A DNA stretch of 64,000 nt from a virus. Position numbers and translations under genes: made by a program. Below, in pieces: positions 39,181-48,769 of this stretch. Location: positions 13,850 through 77,849 of the IMG/VR virus record IMGVR_UViG_3300025168_000056, one strand, 5' to 3'. Each line of letters starts with the position of its first letter. Position 1 is the first letter of the stretch. The notes under the pieces were generated by a model that was not told the DNA's origin, did no database searches, and was given only the letters and a program-made list of their open reading frames with translations.

Positions 39181-40196
39181 GTCAAAAATTTAATTTATCA
39201 TATGACGATGTATTGCTGGAACCACAGTACTCCGATATACGAAGTCGCTCTGAGATTGATATCTCGACAGATTTAAGCAAGGGTGTTAAATTAGCTCTGC
39301 CTATTTTCGCTTCACCGATGGATACTATCTCTGAATCCGCAATGGCCAACGCTCTTGGTGCATGTGGAGGAAGCGCAATTATCCACAGATATAACTCAAT
39401 TGATGAGCAAGCCCGCCATGTATCGAAATCACAGGATACACACGTTGGTGCCGCAATTGGGGTTTCCGGAGATTTTTTGGAAAGAGCCAGAGAAGTAGTT
39501 GCTTGTGGTGCCGATTTTATCTGTGTAGATGTTGCCCATGGACACCATGTAATGATGCAGGAAGCATTAGGAGAACTACGTTTGCTGCTTGGTGACGACT
39601 ATCACATTATGGCTGGAAACGTGGCGACCCTTGGGGGGATCAATGATCTCTCTGACTGGGGCGCCGATAGTGTGCGCTGTAATATTGGCGGCGGGTCAAT
39701 CTGTTCGACAAGAATTCAGACCGGTCATGGCATGCCCGGCTTACAGACTATATTTGAATGCGCGAAGACCGATCGGGATGTTAAGATTATAGCTGACGGC
39801 GGAATTAAAAACTCCGGAGACATTGTTAAAGCTTTGGCCGCAGGCGCCGATGCGATTATGATAGGCTCACTGCTAGCTGGTACAACTGAGTCGCCTGGAA
39901 ACCTAATCAAAGACGGTAACGGAGTTACGTGGAAAGAGTACAGAGGAATGGCGTCCAAAGAAGCCCAAATGAGTTGGCGGGGCAAATATTCTTCGTTTGA
40001 GGGTGTTGCTAGCAAGGTGCCTTACCGCGGCTCAGTTAAACATATTCTAAAAGATATTCAAAAGGGGATCCGTTCTGGTTTTTCATATTCAGGCGCGCGA
40101 AACTTACAACAGTTGCATGCAAAAGCAAAGTTTCTTATCCAAACGGCTTCCGGGCTGTCCGAAAGTAGAACACACATCACCACAAGGAAGTGGTGA
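39177..40196 (+). CDS. IMP dehydrogenase/GMP reductase family enzyme without CBS domains
   Basis: [43 protein letters not shown]; IMPDH flap RY dyad not evident. Confidence 0.9.
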   Translation: MSQKFNLSYDDVLLEPQYSDIRSRSEIDISTDLSKGVKLALPIFASPMDTISESAMANALGACGGSAIIHRYNSIDEQARHVSKSQDTHVGAAIGVSGDFLERAREVVACGADFICVDVAHGHHVMMQEALGELRLLLGDDYHIMAGNVATLGGINDLSDWGADSVRCNIGGGSICSTRIQTGHGMPGLQTIFECAKTDRDVKIIADGGIKNSGDIVKALAAGADAIMIGSLLAGTTESPGNLIKDGNGVTWKEYRGMASKEAQMSWRGKYSSFEGVASKVPYRGSVKHILKDIQKGIRSGFSYSGARNLQQLHAKAKFLIQTASGLSESRTHITTRKW

Positions 40197-40522
40197 TGTC
40201 ATCCGGGATAGATTATGGAAAGCTGACAAAAAGGATAGTCTTCACAGAAACCGATCACAGACATGCTCAATTAGTGTTGAAACTTAAACACGACGGAGTA
40301 AAACAATCAGAATTTTTTCGTTCAATTGTGACTGCTTATATTGCAGGGGACGATAGAATTCAGATGTATATCGATGAGGTGAGTTCGTTGTCGAAAGAGA
40401 GAAAAATAAAGTCCAAGAAGCTTAGAACAGCAGGTAAACAAAAAATTGCTGACTTTGGGTTTACGGATGGCGAGATAGACAACATCTTCGATCTCATTGA
40501 AGAGGAGCACCCAGAACTATGA
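40196..40522 (+). CDS. Hypothetical protein, possibly DNA-binding
   Basis: Coupled ORF; KQSEFFRSIV helix. Confidence 0.6.
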   Translation: MSSGIDYGKLTKRIVFTETDHRHAQLVLKLKHDGVKQSEFFRSIVTAYIAGDDRIQMYIDEVSSLSKERKIKSKKLRTAGKQKIADFGFTDGEIDNIFDLIEEEHPEL

Positions 40523-40779
40523 CTAAAGATGGTTTACGTATATGTTCCCGAAAATGTATGGAATTAAAAACGGCATGCCCTAACGAAGAATGTCGATTGT
40601 GGATAGATTTTAAAAATGAGTATAACTGTACTTTGATATCTATTTATGAGAACGGACCGATGACCTTACGTGAAATTGCTGAACGCTCTGGCATATCATT
40701 TGCGAGAGTAAAACAGATTGAAACGAAGGCGGTTGGGAAGATAAAAAACACGAAAATTTTGAGTTGTTTTGAATTTTAG
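40519..40779 (+). CDS. Cys-rich protein with sigma70 region 4-like HTH
   Basis: PMTLREIAERSGISFARVKQIETKA. Confidence 0.8.
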   Translation: MTKDGLRICSRKCMELKTACPNEECRLWIDFKNEYNCTLISIYENGPMTLREIAERSGISFARVKQIETKAVGKIKNTKILSCFEF

Positions 40780-40799
40780 GGAACTATAAACAACTGAAC

Positions 40800-40807
40800 A
40801 CTATTTA
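40800..40807 (+). promoter_or_regulatory. Putative late promoter ACTATTTA
   Basis: Variant of the motif before tail genes. Confidence 0.6.
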
Positions 40808-40842
40808 TATTTGAGTTTCGAAAACCTTAAGGAGATTTTATA

Positions 40843-41496
40843 ATGGCTCGTAAAAATTTACTAACAGAAAGCGAATTACGTCGCTTCATGAAACTCGCCG
40901 AGATGCGTCCAATTGGCGAGGAAAAGATTCAAGAGATGTACGGCGGAATGCCGGGCGCTCGTGATGACGAAGAAGAACTGGATGAAGAAGAGATGGAAAT
41001 GGACATGGACATGGGTGCTGAAGAGGCTCCTGTTGATGAACTGCCCATGGACGACGAGCCTGCAATGGACGATGAACCAGAGATGGGTGCCGCACCAGAA
41101 GGCGATATGGAGCTTTCTGATGATGAAGCTCAAGCTATTATCGATTTGGCCGATAAGCTTCGCGCTGCCATGGGTGGCGAGGAAGGTGAGGCTGAAATGG
41201 AAATGGGAGCGGAAGACGACCTCGAAGCACCGGAAGGGGGTGATTCACTAGAAATGGATGCTGAAGAGGAACCCATGATGGAAGGCGAAGATGATGATGA
41301 AGAAGAAGATCAGCGCGCCGCACGCAAGCAGCGTAAGGACCGTGAAGATCACCAGCGCAAGATTCGCGAAGGCGATGACGAAGATATTGTTGCTGAGGTA
41401 GCACGTCGTGTAGCCGAGCGTCTTCAAGCTGAAAGCAAGAAGGAAGAAATTGTCGACCAACTTGCTGAAAGAATTATGAAGAGACTCACTAAGTAA
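40843..41496 (+). CDS. Acidic prohead-core/scaffold-like internal protein
   Basis: LLTESELRRFMKLA N-terminus, Asp/Glu/Met-rich centre, AEVARRVAERL C-terminus. Confidence 0.55.
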   Translation: MARKNLLTESELRRFMKLAEMRPIGEEKIQEMYGGMPGARDDEEELDEEEMEMDMDMGAEEAPVDELPMDDEPAMDDEPEMGAAPEGDMELSDDEAQAIIDLADKLRAAMGGEEGEAEMEMGAEDDLEAPEGGDSLEMDAEEEPMMEGEDDDEEEDQRAARKQRKDREDHQRKIREGDDEDIVAEVARRVAERLQAESKKEEIVDQLAERIMKRLTK

Positions 41497-41497
41497 C

Positions 41498-41526
41498 TTG
41501 ACAAATCATAACGAGCCTGTTATACT
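41498..41526 (+). promoter_or_regulatory. Sigma70-type promoter
   Basis: TTGACA-N17-TATACT. Confidence 0.7.
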
Positions 41527-41556
41527 ATTAACCACTAGTCTTTACTAGTGGTTAAT
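41527..41556. repeat. Perfect 13-bp inverted repeat
   Basis: ATTAACCACTAGT-CTTT-ACTAGTGGTTAAT. Confidence 0.85.
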
Positions 41557-41560
41557 TTAT

Positions 41561-41992
41561 TTGGAGTGTAGTTTGGGACATGTTTGGTGGTTGTACCTAT
41601 TAGTTTTTATATTTGGGTACTTTACTTGTAGAACATTTTATTTTATCAGAGAGGTTAGGCTCGGGCTTGTAATGCTCAAGTTGTCTCATTACCTTTCCCT
41701 CTATACTATTGTTAGAGGCGTTGAAAGCATGGAATATGCTAAGGCAACGCGCATCAATGAGATGCGAAAAAAAGAAGAGACAGACAAAAATATTAAAGCA
41801 TATCAATTAAATTTTGATACTGAGATAAAACTTTATAAAGATAAGGCGATCAGAGAGATAATTAATATGCACCCTAAGTTTTATCGTGAGTTGCTTGAAT
41901 ACGATGATTGGGAATCTGCAATGCGCTTCTTGAATGAAGGGGGCGCTGATTACATAAGACATTTTAACAACAAAGAGGGGAACTTAACATGA
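41561..41992 (+). CDS. Membrane-anchored hypothetical protein
   Basis: N-terminal hydrophobic helix; overlaps the start of clpP copy 2. Confidence 0.65.
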   Translation: MECSLGHVWWLYLLVFIFGYFTCRTFYFIREVRLGLVMLKLSHYLSLYTIVRGVESMEYAKATRINEMRKKEETDKNIKAYQLNFDTEIKLYKDKAIREIINMHPKFYRELLEYDDWESAMRFLNEGGADYIRHFNNKEGNLT

Positions 41993-42654
41993 TTAAAGAG
42001 ATTAAAGAGGCAATAAAAACGTTAATTCAAGATGAGGAAAGCCCGACGTCGGCTGATAATTCTGAAAAGAGAATAGTTATTTTAGATCCCTCTGTTTTGG
42101 GTGAAGAGCTTGCTGAAGAGCCTGAACCAATGAATACTATCGGGTTATTCTGTGATGTAACTGAAGAGAAGGTTGCTGAAGTTATCCATGGCTTGCTTTA
42201 TTTAGATCACCTGTACGCCAATTCAAAGCCAGAAAAAAGAAAGCCAATTGATTTTTATGTTTCGACATATGGCGGCTCTGCTGATGATATGTTTTCTTTA
42301 TACGACATTATGCGAAACGTTAAAGAAAACAACGAGATACATACCATCGGAATGGGAAAGGTGATGTCAGCAGGCGTACTAATTCTAGCAGCAGGTACAC
42401 AGGGGAGTAGAAAGATTGGCAAAAACTGTCGCGTTATGATACACTCTGTCCTTGGCGCTAATCACGGCTCTCTTCACAATATGATTAATGAGATGGAAGC
42501 GATTGAGCAGTTACAAGACATGTATATCAGTTGTCTGGCATCAGAGACTAAGATGTCAAAATCTCAAATTAAAAAAATGTTAGAACGAAAGGTAAATGTT
42601 TATTTAACTGCTGAAGAAGCAGTCGAATTAGGTATTGCTGATATAATTATATAA
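41989..42654 (+). CDS. clpP: ClpP-family protease, copy 2
   Basis: STYGGS, GKVMSAG, VMIHS, YLTAEEAVELGIAD; Asn at the catalytic Asp position. Confidence 0.9.
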   Translation: MIKEIKEAIKTLIQDEESPTSADNSEKRIVILDPSVLGEELAEEPEPMNTIGLFCDVTEEKVAEVIHGLLYLDHLYANSKPEKRKPIDFYVSTYGGSADDMFSLYDIMRNVKENNEIHTIGMGKVMSAGVLILAAGTQGSRKIGKNCRVMIHSVLGANHGSLHNMINEMEAIEQLQDMYISCLASETKMSKSQIKKMLERKVNVYLTAEEAVELGIADIII

Positions 42655-42664
42655 GGAAACAACC

Positions 42665-44341
42665 ATGTCTGAATTATCTGAAATCCTCAAAGAAGAATAT
42701 TTAAAGCAAGTTAACAAGCTTGACATAACCATGTTGTTAGAAATGGTCCAAGGGGCTCTTGGCTCCGTGACTAATGAGGAAGTGCAGCCCCCGCCAGACC
42801 TTCCTGATAGTGATGAAGCGGTACTGGATATGGTTTTAAAGATGATTCCTAACATTGAGGTTTCGGAGATTGGCTGGTCTGACGTCCGAACAAACGATGA
42901 AGGCGTTGAAATCAAGGGCGCCCAAAGACAGTTATTAGAAAATTACCTGAAGAATATTCAAGGATCTGATTTTGCAGACAAGGTACGCAGCGTATCTGAG
43001 TTTTACGATAGCGGACTTTCGATGGTGACCGAAAAAGCTGGCAATAATCGTACTGCACGCATCGTGCAAGCGATATCTTATCTCGTCTTCTATAAGACTT
43101 TGACGAAAGTTATCACAAACTTTAACGCATCGTCGGCTGGGTTTAGTTTTGAATCTTTCCTAGCAGCATTGGTAGACGGAGAACAGATACCCACAGGTAA
43201 CGCAACGATCGCTGACTATCTTGACCGCGCCTCCGGTCAGACAATTCCTGTTAGTTTGAAATTGTATCGGGAGGGAGGCTTACTTGTTGGTGGAAGTTAC
43301 ACCGACTTGGTTAACGATATGGTTAAGCCAGCATACCCAGAGTCAATTAACGGCGGCATGCGCTATGTTGTCTGCACTAAAACGCTGGAAGGTAAAGGGT
43401 TAGAACTAGAGGGAAAGATCGACTTCTACCAGTTTGACTTTAACCTGGCAAATATCGCCGACATCCTTTTAAATTCTAAGCACCCATATGTGATAAGAAT
43501 GCCTCAGTCTGTTATAAGCGCGCTGGCTTCTGGTCAACAATCTGGCGCTGTCGAATTACTTAATTTGCCGGCAGCAGATAAGGTGCTGTCTGCCGAAGAG
43601 CTGACTCCGCTGTTTGACAAAGCGTTGTATGGTGAAATTGAGAGTCTTGCCGATGCAAACCCGGAGAATCCGATTAATCGAATAGATGATGAGGCTTTTA
43701 AAAAGCTCACGGACGCCCTTAACTGGGAGAAGAATGATGATTTATTTAACAAGAATAAAACCAGAGGTCAGGGTGCTATGAGTGCCACCAGTGTCAAAAA
43801 TTGGGTCAGTGGTAACTACAGCAAAATACCTGAAATACACGGCTTGCTCAAACAGGCAATTGTCGGCGCCAATGCCGCAGTCGTGAAATCTCAAAAAGCC
43901 GCAGCTAAAAAGAGTGAAAGAAATCAACAGATCGAGGATATGGTCAAAAATGAGGAGTTCCTTTCAGCAGAAGAATCCGCCCGCCAATATAAGATGCTGG
44001 GCGCTACCCAGAAGAAGCAGGCTCTCTTGAGCAGCTATGGCTATCTAAAGAGACTGCACTTTGAACTGAACCAAGCACAATCCTTAAAAAATGAGCCACC
44101 AACCAATACTGAATTTGTCGGCTCCATTATGATCGGCCGCGCTCAAGTTGGGAAGATCGTATCAGATGTTCGCGAAGTCCTAAATGACGAGGTGACAGAG
44201 ATCTTCCAATCTCTCAAAATTCTTTCGGATAGTTTAAATCAATTCTTTGCCGGTGGACTTGAGAATGATTCCCTAGCCAATACATCAGTTAGTAACGCAA
44301 ACAACATTAGCTCAAAAGAAATTTTACAAACTGACAAATAA
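42665..44341 (+). CDS. Putative internal virion protein with restriction-endonuclease-like motif
   Basis: ILKEE N-terminus; AGFSFESFLAAL...IAD...VSLKL. Confidence 0.5.
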   Translation: MSELSEILKEEYLKQVNKLDITMLLEMVQGALGSVTNEEVQPPPDLPDSDEAVLDMVLKMIPNIEVSEIGWSDVRTNDEGVEIKGAQRQLLENYLKNIQGSDFADKVRSVSEFYDSGLSMVTEKAGNNRTARIVQAISYLVFYKTLTKVITNFNASSAGFSFESFLAALVDGEQIPTGNATIADYLDRASGQTIPVSLKLYREGGLLVGGSYTDLVNDMVKPAYPESINGGMRYVVCTKTLEGKGLELEGKIDFYQFDFNLANIADILLNSKHPYVIRMPQSVISALASGQQSGAVELLNLPAADKVLSAEELTPLFDKALYGEIESLADANPENPINRIDDEAFKKLTDALNWEKNDDLFNKNKTRGQGAMSATSVKNWVSGNYSKIPEIHGLLKQAIVGANAAVVKSQKAAAKKSERNQQIEDMVKNEEFLSAEESARQYKMLGATQKKQALLSSYGYLKRLHFELNQAQSLKNEPPTNTEFVGSIMIGRAQVGKIVSDVREVLNDEVTEIFQSLKILSDSLNQFFAGGLENDSLANTSVSNANNISSKEILQTDK

Positions 44342-44344
44342 GCC

Positions 44345-44373
44345 TTGACAAGTTTCTGGTTCAGGGTTATAAT
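44345..44373 (+). promoter_or_regulatory. Sigma70-type promoter for groEL
   Basis: TTGACA-N17-TATAAT (perfect consensus). Confidence 0.85.
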
Positions 44374-44396
44374 AATAATCTAACACAGAGGTATCA

Positions 44397-45977
44397 ATGT
44401 CCAGAGATTATTCTGACAATCAAGAATTACAACAGAAAATTATTAAAGGAGCCAACGTATTAGCAGATAACGTTGCTTCTACACTTGGACCGAGAGGTCG
44501 AAATGTTTTGCTACAAGAAAAGGGAAAGACACCCTTTATTACAAAAGATGGAGTGACCGTTGCACAATTTGTCGAGCTTGCGGATCCGTTTGAGAATGCC
44601 GGCGCTCAGATTATACGCCAAGCAGCTACTGAGACTAACAACGAGGCTGGCGATGGAACTACTACTTCTACCGTATTGGCTCGCGCTATTCTTAGAGAGT
44701 CGCAAAGGTTCATTACGTCGGGAGTATCTCCCACGGAACTGCAACGCGGAATTGATTTGGCAACCAAAGAGGTGGTCAGAAATCTAGAACAAATCGCCAC
44801 CCCGATTACCAGTATTACCGACATTGAACAGATTGGTACAATATCCGCCAACAATGATTCAACAATCGGAAAACTAATAGCTACGGCGTTAGATAAGGTT
44901 GGTCAAGATGGCTCGATTACTATTGAAGAGTCTCGCTCAACAGAGACAAGTCTCGATATTACTGAGGGGTTTCGATTTGACTCAGGCTTCTGCGCGGGTG
45001 CGTTTATTACAGATGAGCGCCGTTCAACAATGTACCACGAAAGCCCGCTCATCCTTGTCACCGACTACAAGATTTCAGCAGTCGAAGAAGTGCTACCGAT
45101 ACTAGAGATGGTAGCACGTGAAAGCAAACCTCTTATTATTGTAGCAGAGGAAGTAGAGGGGCAGGCGCTAGCTGCATTAATTATGAATGCAATGAGGGGC
45201 ACGCTCAAAATAGCGGCGATCAAAGCTCCTTACTATGGTGAGGAACGCAGGAACACTCTGGAAGACTTAGCTTTGTCAACCGGCGCAACGTTTATTAATA
45301 GAGAGAGTGGCGTTAAACTATCTGATGTAAGACTATCACACCTGGGTTCTGCAAAAAGTATCGAGAGCAATAGATATAAGACCACGATTGTAGGTGGCGC
45401 TAGCGATTATGAGGCAGTAGAAACTAAGATCGAGTCCCTAAAGAGTGAAATTAAGCAAACAGACTCGATGTCTGTGTGTGAGACTATACAGGGGCGAGTG
45501 GTAAGATTGTCTTCAGGCGTGGCTGTCATTCATGTTGGGGGTTCCACCGAAGTCGAGATGACCGAACGCAAACATAGAATCGAGGATGCGCTTGAGGCGG
45601 TAAGATCTGCTCAAGAAGGCGGAATTGTTCCAGGTGGTGGCGTCGCTCTTCTTAGAGCTTCACGCTCCTTGGCAGTTACTACTTTAAGCAGCGAACAAGC
45701 TCTAGGAATTACAATTATCAGAGCGGCTTGTGAAGAGCCGATTAGACAAATGGCCAAAAACTCCGGAGAATCTCCAGACTTGGTAGTCCAAAATGTCTTA
45801 TCTGATGAGGACAATAATTGTGGCTGGAATTTTTTAACCAACCAATCAGCCAATATGGTAGAAGCCGGCGTAATTGACCCCGTCAAGGTAACTAAGACTG
45901 CATTGCAGAATGCTGCTAGTTGTGCTGGCACACTGATAACAACTAATTATGGCATTATACAAACAAATGGAGAATAA
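44397..45977 (+). CDS. groEL: Chaperonin GroEL
   Basis: TLGPRGRNV, ITKDGVTVA, AGDGTTTSTVLA, GIVPGGG, IDPVKV; no GGM tail. Confidence 0.97.
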   Translation: MSRDYSDNQELQQKIIKGANVLADNVASTLGPRGRNVLLQEKGKTPFITKDGVTVAQFVELADPFENAGAQIIRQAATETNNEAGDGTTTSTVLARAILRESQRFITSGVSPTELQRGIDLATKEVVRNLEQIATPITSITDIEQIGTISANNDSTIGKLIATALDKVGQDGSITIEESRSTETSLDITEGFRFDSGFCAGAFITDERRSTMYHESPLILVTDYKISAVEEVLPILEMVARESKPLIIVAEEVEGQALAALIMNAMRGTLKIAAIKAPYYGEERRNTLEDLALSTGATFINRESGVKLSDVRLSHLGSAKSIESNRYKTTIVGGASDYEAVETKIESLKSEIKQTDSMSVCETIQGRVVRLSSGVAVIHVGGSTEVEMTERKHRIEDALEAVRSAQEGGIVPGGGVALLRASRSLAVTTLSSEQALGITIIRAACEEPIRQMAKNSGESPDLVVQNVLSDEDNNCGWNFLTNQSANMVEAGVIDPVKVTKTALQNAASCAGTLITTNYGIIQTNGE

Positions 45978-45978
45978 G

Positions 45979-46188
45979 ATGGAGCAAGGAGACTTAGTAC
46001 ACATTCCACAAGACGTCAGCTTATGGAATCACACAGACAACGGCAGCATGAACGTCACAAAGACAGAGAAACCCATCACAGGAATATTTCTGCGAGAGGA
46101 AGCATCTAATACTCTTCGTGTATATGCCCAAGGAAGAGAAACCACGGTTGAGAAAAGGCACGTATACCCAATGGAGGACGGATGCTAG
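45979..46188 (+). CDS. Small KOW/SH3-like protein (MEQGDLV)
   Basis: GDLV motif; SD GGAG. Confidence 0.6.
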   Translation: MEQGDLVHIPQDVSLWNHTDNGSMNVTKTEKPITGIFLREEASNTLRVYAQGRETTVEKRHVYPMEDGC

Positions 46189-46472
46189 TCAAGTTAACAG
46201 AAGTACATCACAACAGTACCCTGACAACGAAGAGCGAATATAGCTTGAGAGAGGTGTTTGTAAATCCCGAACACGTTGTAATGATACGGGAAGAGGCGAG
46301 AATGCAAACCCTTAACGAACAGGGCGCCCTCCCAGCAAACCTATCAATTGCACACAAATTTACGAAGCTAACGATCAATCGAGGGCATACCGGCACAGAA
46401 ATTATTGTTGTCGGTGCTCCTGATATAGTTGAGAAATCATTAAACCAAACCAAACAATTAATAAGAGGATAA
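46182..46472 (+). CDS. Hypothetical protein, possibly FlbD/SwrD-like fold
   Basis: MLVKLT...VFVNPEHVVMIRE...TKLTI...IIVVG pattern. Confidence 0.5.
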   Translation: MLVKLTEVHHNSTLTTKSEYSLREVFVNPEHVVMIREEARMQTLNEQGALPANLSIAHKFTKLTINRGHTGTEIIVVGAPDIVEKSLNQTKQLIRG

Positions 46473-46473
46473 A

Positions 46474-46881
46474 ATGTCACAAAGAGTTAATATACAATAT
46501 TCAGTCAAAATAGATGATCTAGAGGAAGAAGTGCAGCGCCTAGCTGGTAAGGCGTTTTCGATCCTTGGGGATTGTGTTAACAACAGCACCCACATGGGCG
46601 AAACTAAGTTATCGGTCGATTCACACCGGGACATAGATCAACTAAGACTTGATCTATCAGATGTTGATGCGATCTTAGCGGATATCAATATGATCATCAG
46701 CTCTTTTTTGTCGTACAAATCACAGGAAATGATGCAAAGCGTCCCAAGACCGCCGAACCCATTAGAGGGTGCTGAAGGAGCACCGACAGACTTATCTGAA
46801 TTACAAGAGAAGATTTCTAATTTTAAGGCTTCTCTCGCAAATGGCGAATATGGTGGTGAAAATGACGCCGATATTAGATAA
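46474..46881 (+). CDS. Hypothetical protein
   Basis: ORF with SD in a tightly packed operon. Confidence 0.65.
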   Translation: MSQRVNIQYSVKIDDLEEEVQRLAGKAFSILGDCVNNSTHMGETKLSVDSHRDIDQLRLDLSDVDAILADINMIISSFLSYKSQEMMQSVPRPPNPLEGAEGAPTDLSELQEKISNFKASLANGEYGGENDADIR

Positions 46882-47623
46882 AACAAAGAAGAATAACTGC
46901 GCTGCAGCCATAAAGAGTTTAATACCCCCGGGCTCCATAGTTAATTCTTACGCGTTCTATGATGGCAAGATAGAGTTTTCATTAGCTAACGATCAACGCT
47001 TTGTAAATGCAAGCACCACAAGTTTGCCGGTATATACTTTTTGGGCATGCCTAATGCATGATCCTAGTAAACTGCATTCGATGGTATCTTCTGATTCGCT
47101 AAGATTTGAAGGAGAAGCCATACTATCAATATTGCAAGATATGTGGCACACACACAAGAGCCCGTTCATTACGGCTAGTCTTTTTTTCATAATGAACAGG
47201 TGCTCTTCAACGGGACTTATATCTTCTGGAGAATTAGACACAGATATGCTGACGCCTACCGCAATTGCCAAATTGAAAACCTTTTCGACACCAGATAATT
47301 TTCACCTGAACCTATCTCCAGCCAAGTTAGCTAAACAAATTGAAAAATCTGACTCGCGGAGCTATAATTTAGTCTTGGGCGGTAGGTTTAATTATAATTT
47401 GTTTGAGCAGGGCAAGAGCATCGCAATAGAACAAACTTCAATCGACCATAGAGAGTTAGCTGAGTTATGCAAGAACACAGACACCAAAATTTTAATCACA
47501 TATGATTTTGATCACAAGATACCAAGAACATTTAAAAACAACAGGATTGTTATGATTGACAAGTACGGCATCCAGACCGAACGCGAAGACAGAGCAGAGG
47601 AGATCATCGTTGCCAACTTCTAA
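46862..47623 (+). CDS. Degenerate Dam-like methyltransferase paralog
   Basis: Colinear with 20300-21151 (IPPG, FYDGKIEFSLA, YTFW, FFIMNR, LITYD, EEIIVAN) but lacks FxGxG and DPPY. Confidence 0.65.
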   Translation: MTPILDKTKKNNCAAAIKSLIPPGSIVNSYAFYDGKIEFSLANDQRFVNASTTSLPVYTFWACLMHDPSKLHSMVSSDSLRFEGEAILSILQDMWHTHKSPFITASLFFIMNRCSSTGLISSGELDTDMLTPTAIAKLKTFSTPDNFHLNLSPAKLAKQIEKSDSRSYNLVLGGRFNYNLFEQGKSIAIEQTSIDHRELAELCKNTDTKILITYDFDHKIPRTFKNNRIVMIDKYGIQTEREDRAEEIIVANF

Positions 47624-47960
47624 TTTATTATTCGCATGTGCTTTATTCGCTATCGGACAGACACTTGGCTGGTTTCAGTTAAACTCACAATTCGTCTGGG
47701 ACTGGTGGAAGGATAAGCCGCTATTTTCTGCGATCATCTTCTCAGTGCCCACGGGTATTTGTTTTTGGTATGGGGTCAAGATAGCATATGCCGAGATGGG
47801 GCAGGTTTGGGGACCAAGGTTCTTAATCTTTAGTATGTCTTACTTCACCTTTCCTATCTTGACATGGTGGCTCCTTAATGAGAGCATGTTTACCACAAAG
47901 ACAATCTTGTGTGTGATTCTTTCGTTCCTAATTGTAGGAATTCAGTTGTTCTGGAAGTAA
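47610..47960 (+). CDS. Small four-helix membrane protein (DMT/SMR-like)
   Basis: Four hydrophobic segments, LLNESM loop; TTG start with SD GAGGAG. Confidence 0.65.
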   Translation: MPTSNLLFACALFAIGQTLGWFQLNSQFVWDWWKDKPLFSAIIFSVPTGICFWYGVKIAYAEMGQVWGPRFLIFSMSYFTFPILTWWLLNESMFTTKTILCVILSFLIVGIQLFWK

Positions 47961-47964
47961 ACCA

Positions 47965-48732
47965 ATGAATACAATATATTTGTTTGATGTAGATGGGACA
48001 CTCACCCCCGCAAAAAATAACATAGACACTAAGTTCGCCGCTCAATTTTTGAAGTGGTCAAAGAGCCGACAAGTGTACATTGTGTCGGGTGGCTCGTTCA
48101 TAAGAATACTGAACCAAATCAAGCGACCTATCTTTGATCGGGTGCAAGGTGTGTTCGCGTGCATGGGCAACGCATATTACACCAACCGATTCAACAAAGA
48201 AGATGGTTATAGTACGTGGACCGAGATGTACAAGAATAAGTTTGATATCAAAAAGCAGAAAGACTTTTATGCGGAACTCGACTGGATCGTCAAGGACTCC
48301 CCGTTTCATATTAAGACCGGCCGCCACTACGAAGAGCGTGTGGGTATGGTAAACTTTTCGATTGTAGGCAGGAACGCTACGATGGAACAGCGCAAAGTTT
48401 ACGAAGAGTATGATGCAAAGTTTAAAGAGCGAGAGAAGATAGTTAAGAAGCTCTCGAAAAAGTATAAAGGCATTGACTTTGTGATAGGTGGTGCTGTGAG
48501 TATAGACATCTTTAACAAAGGTAACGACAAATCGCAGGTAATTCACAGAGTCTTAAAAGGTAAACTTGAAGACCACCGCATTGTGTTTGTGGGAGACAGG
48601 GTACCCTTCCCCGGCAACGATCACTCGTTAGCTTCAGTTTTGCAAGAGCACAAGAATGGTCATGCTATAGAAGTCGAAAGCTGGCGAGACACAGCCAAGC
48701 TACTGTCCACTGACCTTTTTGCCAGCGGTTAG
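47965..48732 (+). CDS. HAD-IIB phosphomannomutase-like enzyme
   Basis: LFDVDGTLTP, VSGG, EERVGMVNFSIVGRN, IGGAVSIDIF, GD...GND. Confidence 0.9.
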   Translation: MNTIYLFDVDGTLTPAKNNIDTKFAAQFLKWSKSRQVYIVSGGSFIRILNQIKRPIFDRVQGVFACMGNAYYTNRFNKEDGYSTWTEMYKNKFDIKKQKDFYAELDWIVKDSPFHIKTGRHYEERVGMVNFSIVGRNATMEQRKVYEEYDAKFKEREKIVKKLSKKYKGIDFVIGGAVSIDIFNKGNDKSQVIHRVLKGKLEDHRIVFVGDRVPFPGNDHSLASVLQEHKNGHAIEVESWRDTAKLLSTDLFASG

Positions 48733-48743
48733 TTGAAAACCTG

Positions 48744-48751
48744 ACTATTTA
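48744..48751 (+). promoter_or_regulatory. Putative late promoter ACTATTTA
   Basis: Upstream of the 1181-aa ORF. Confidence 0.6.
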
Positions 48752-48769
48752 TTGTGTTGAGGTAAAAAT

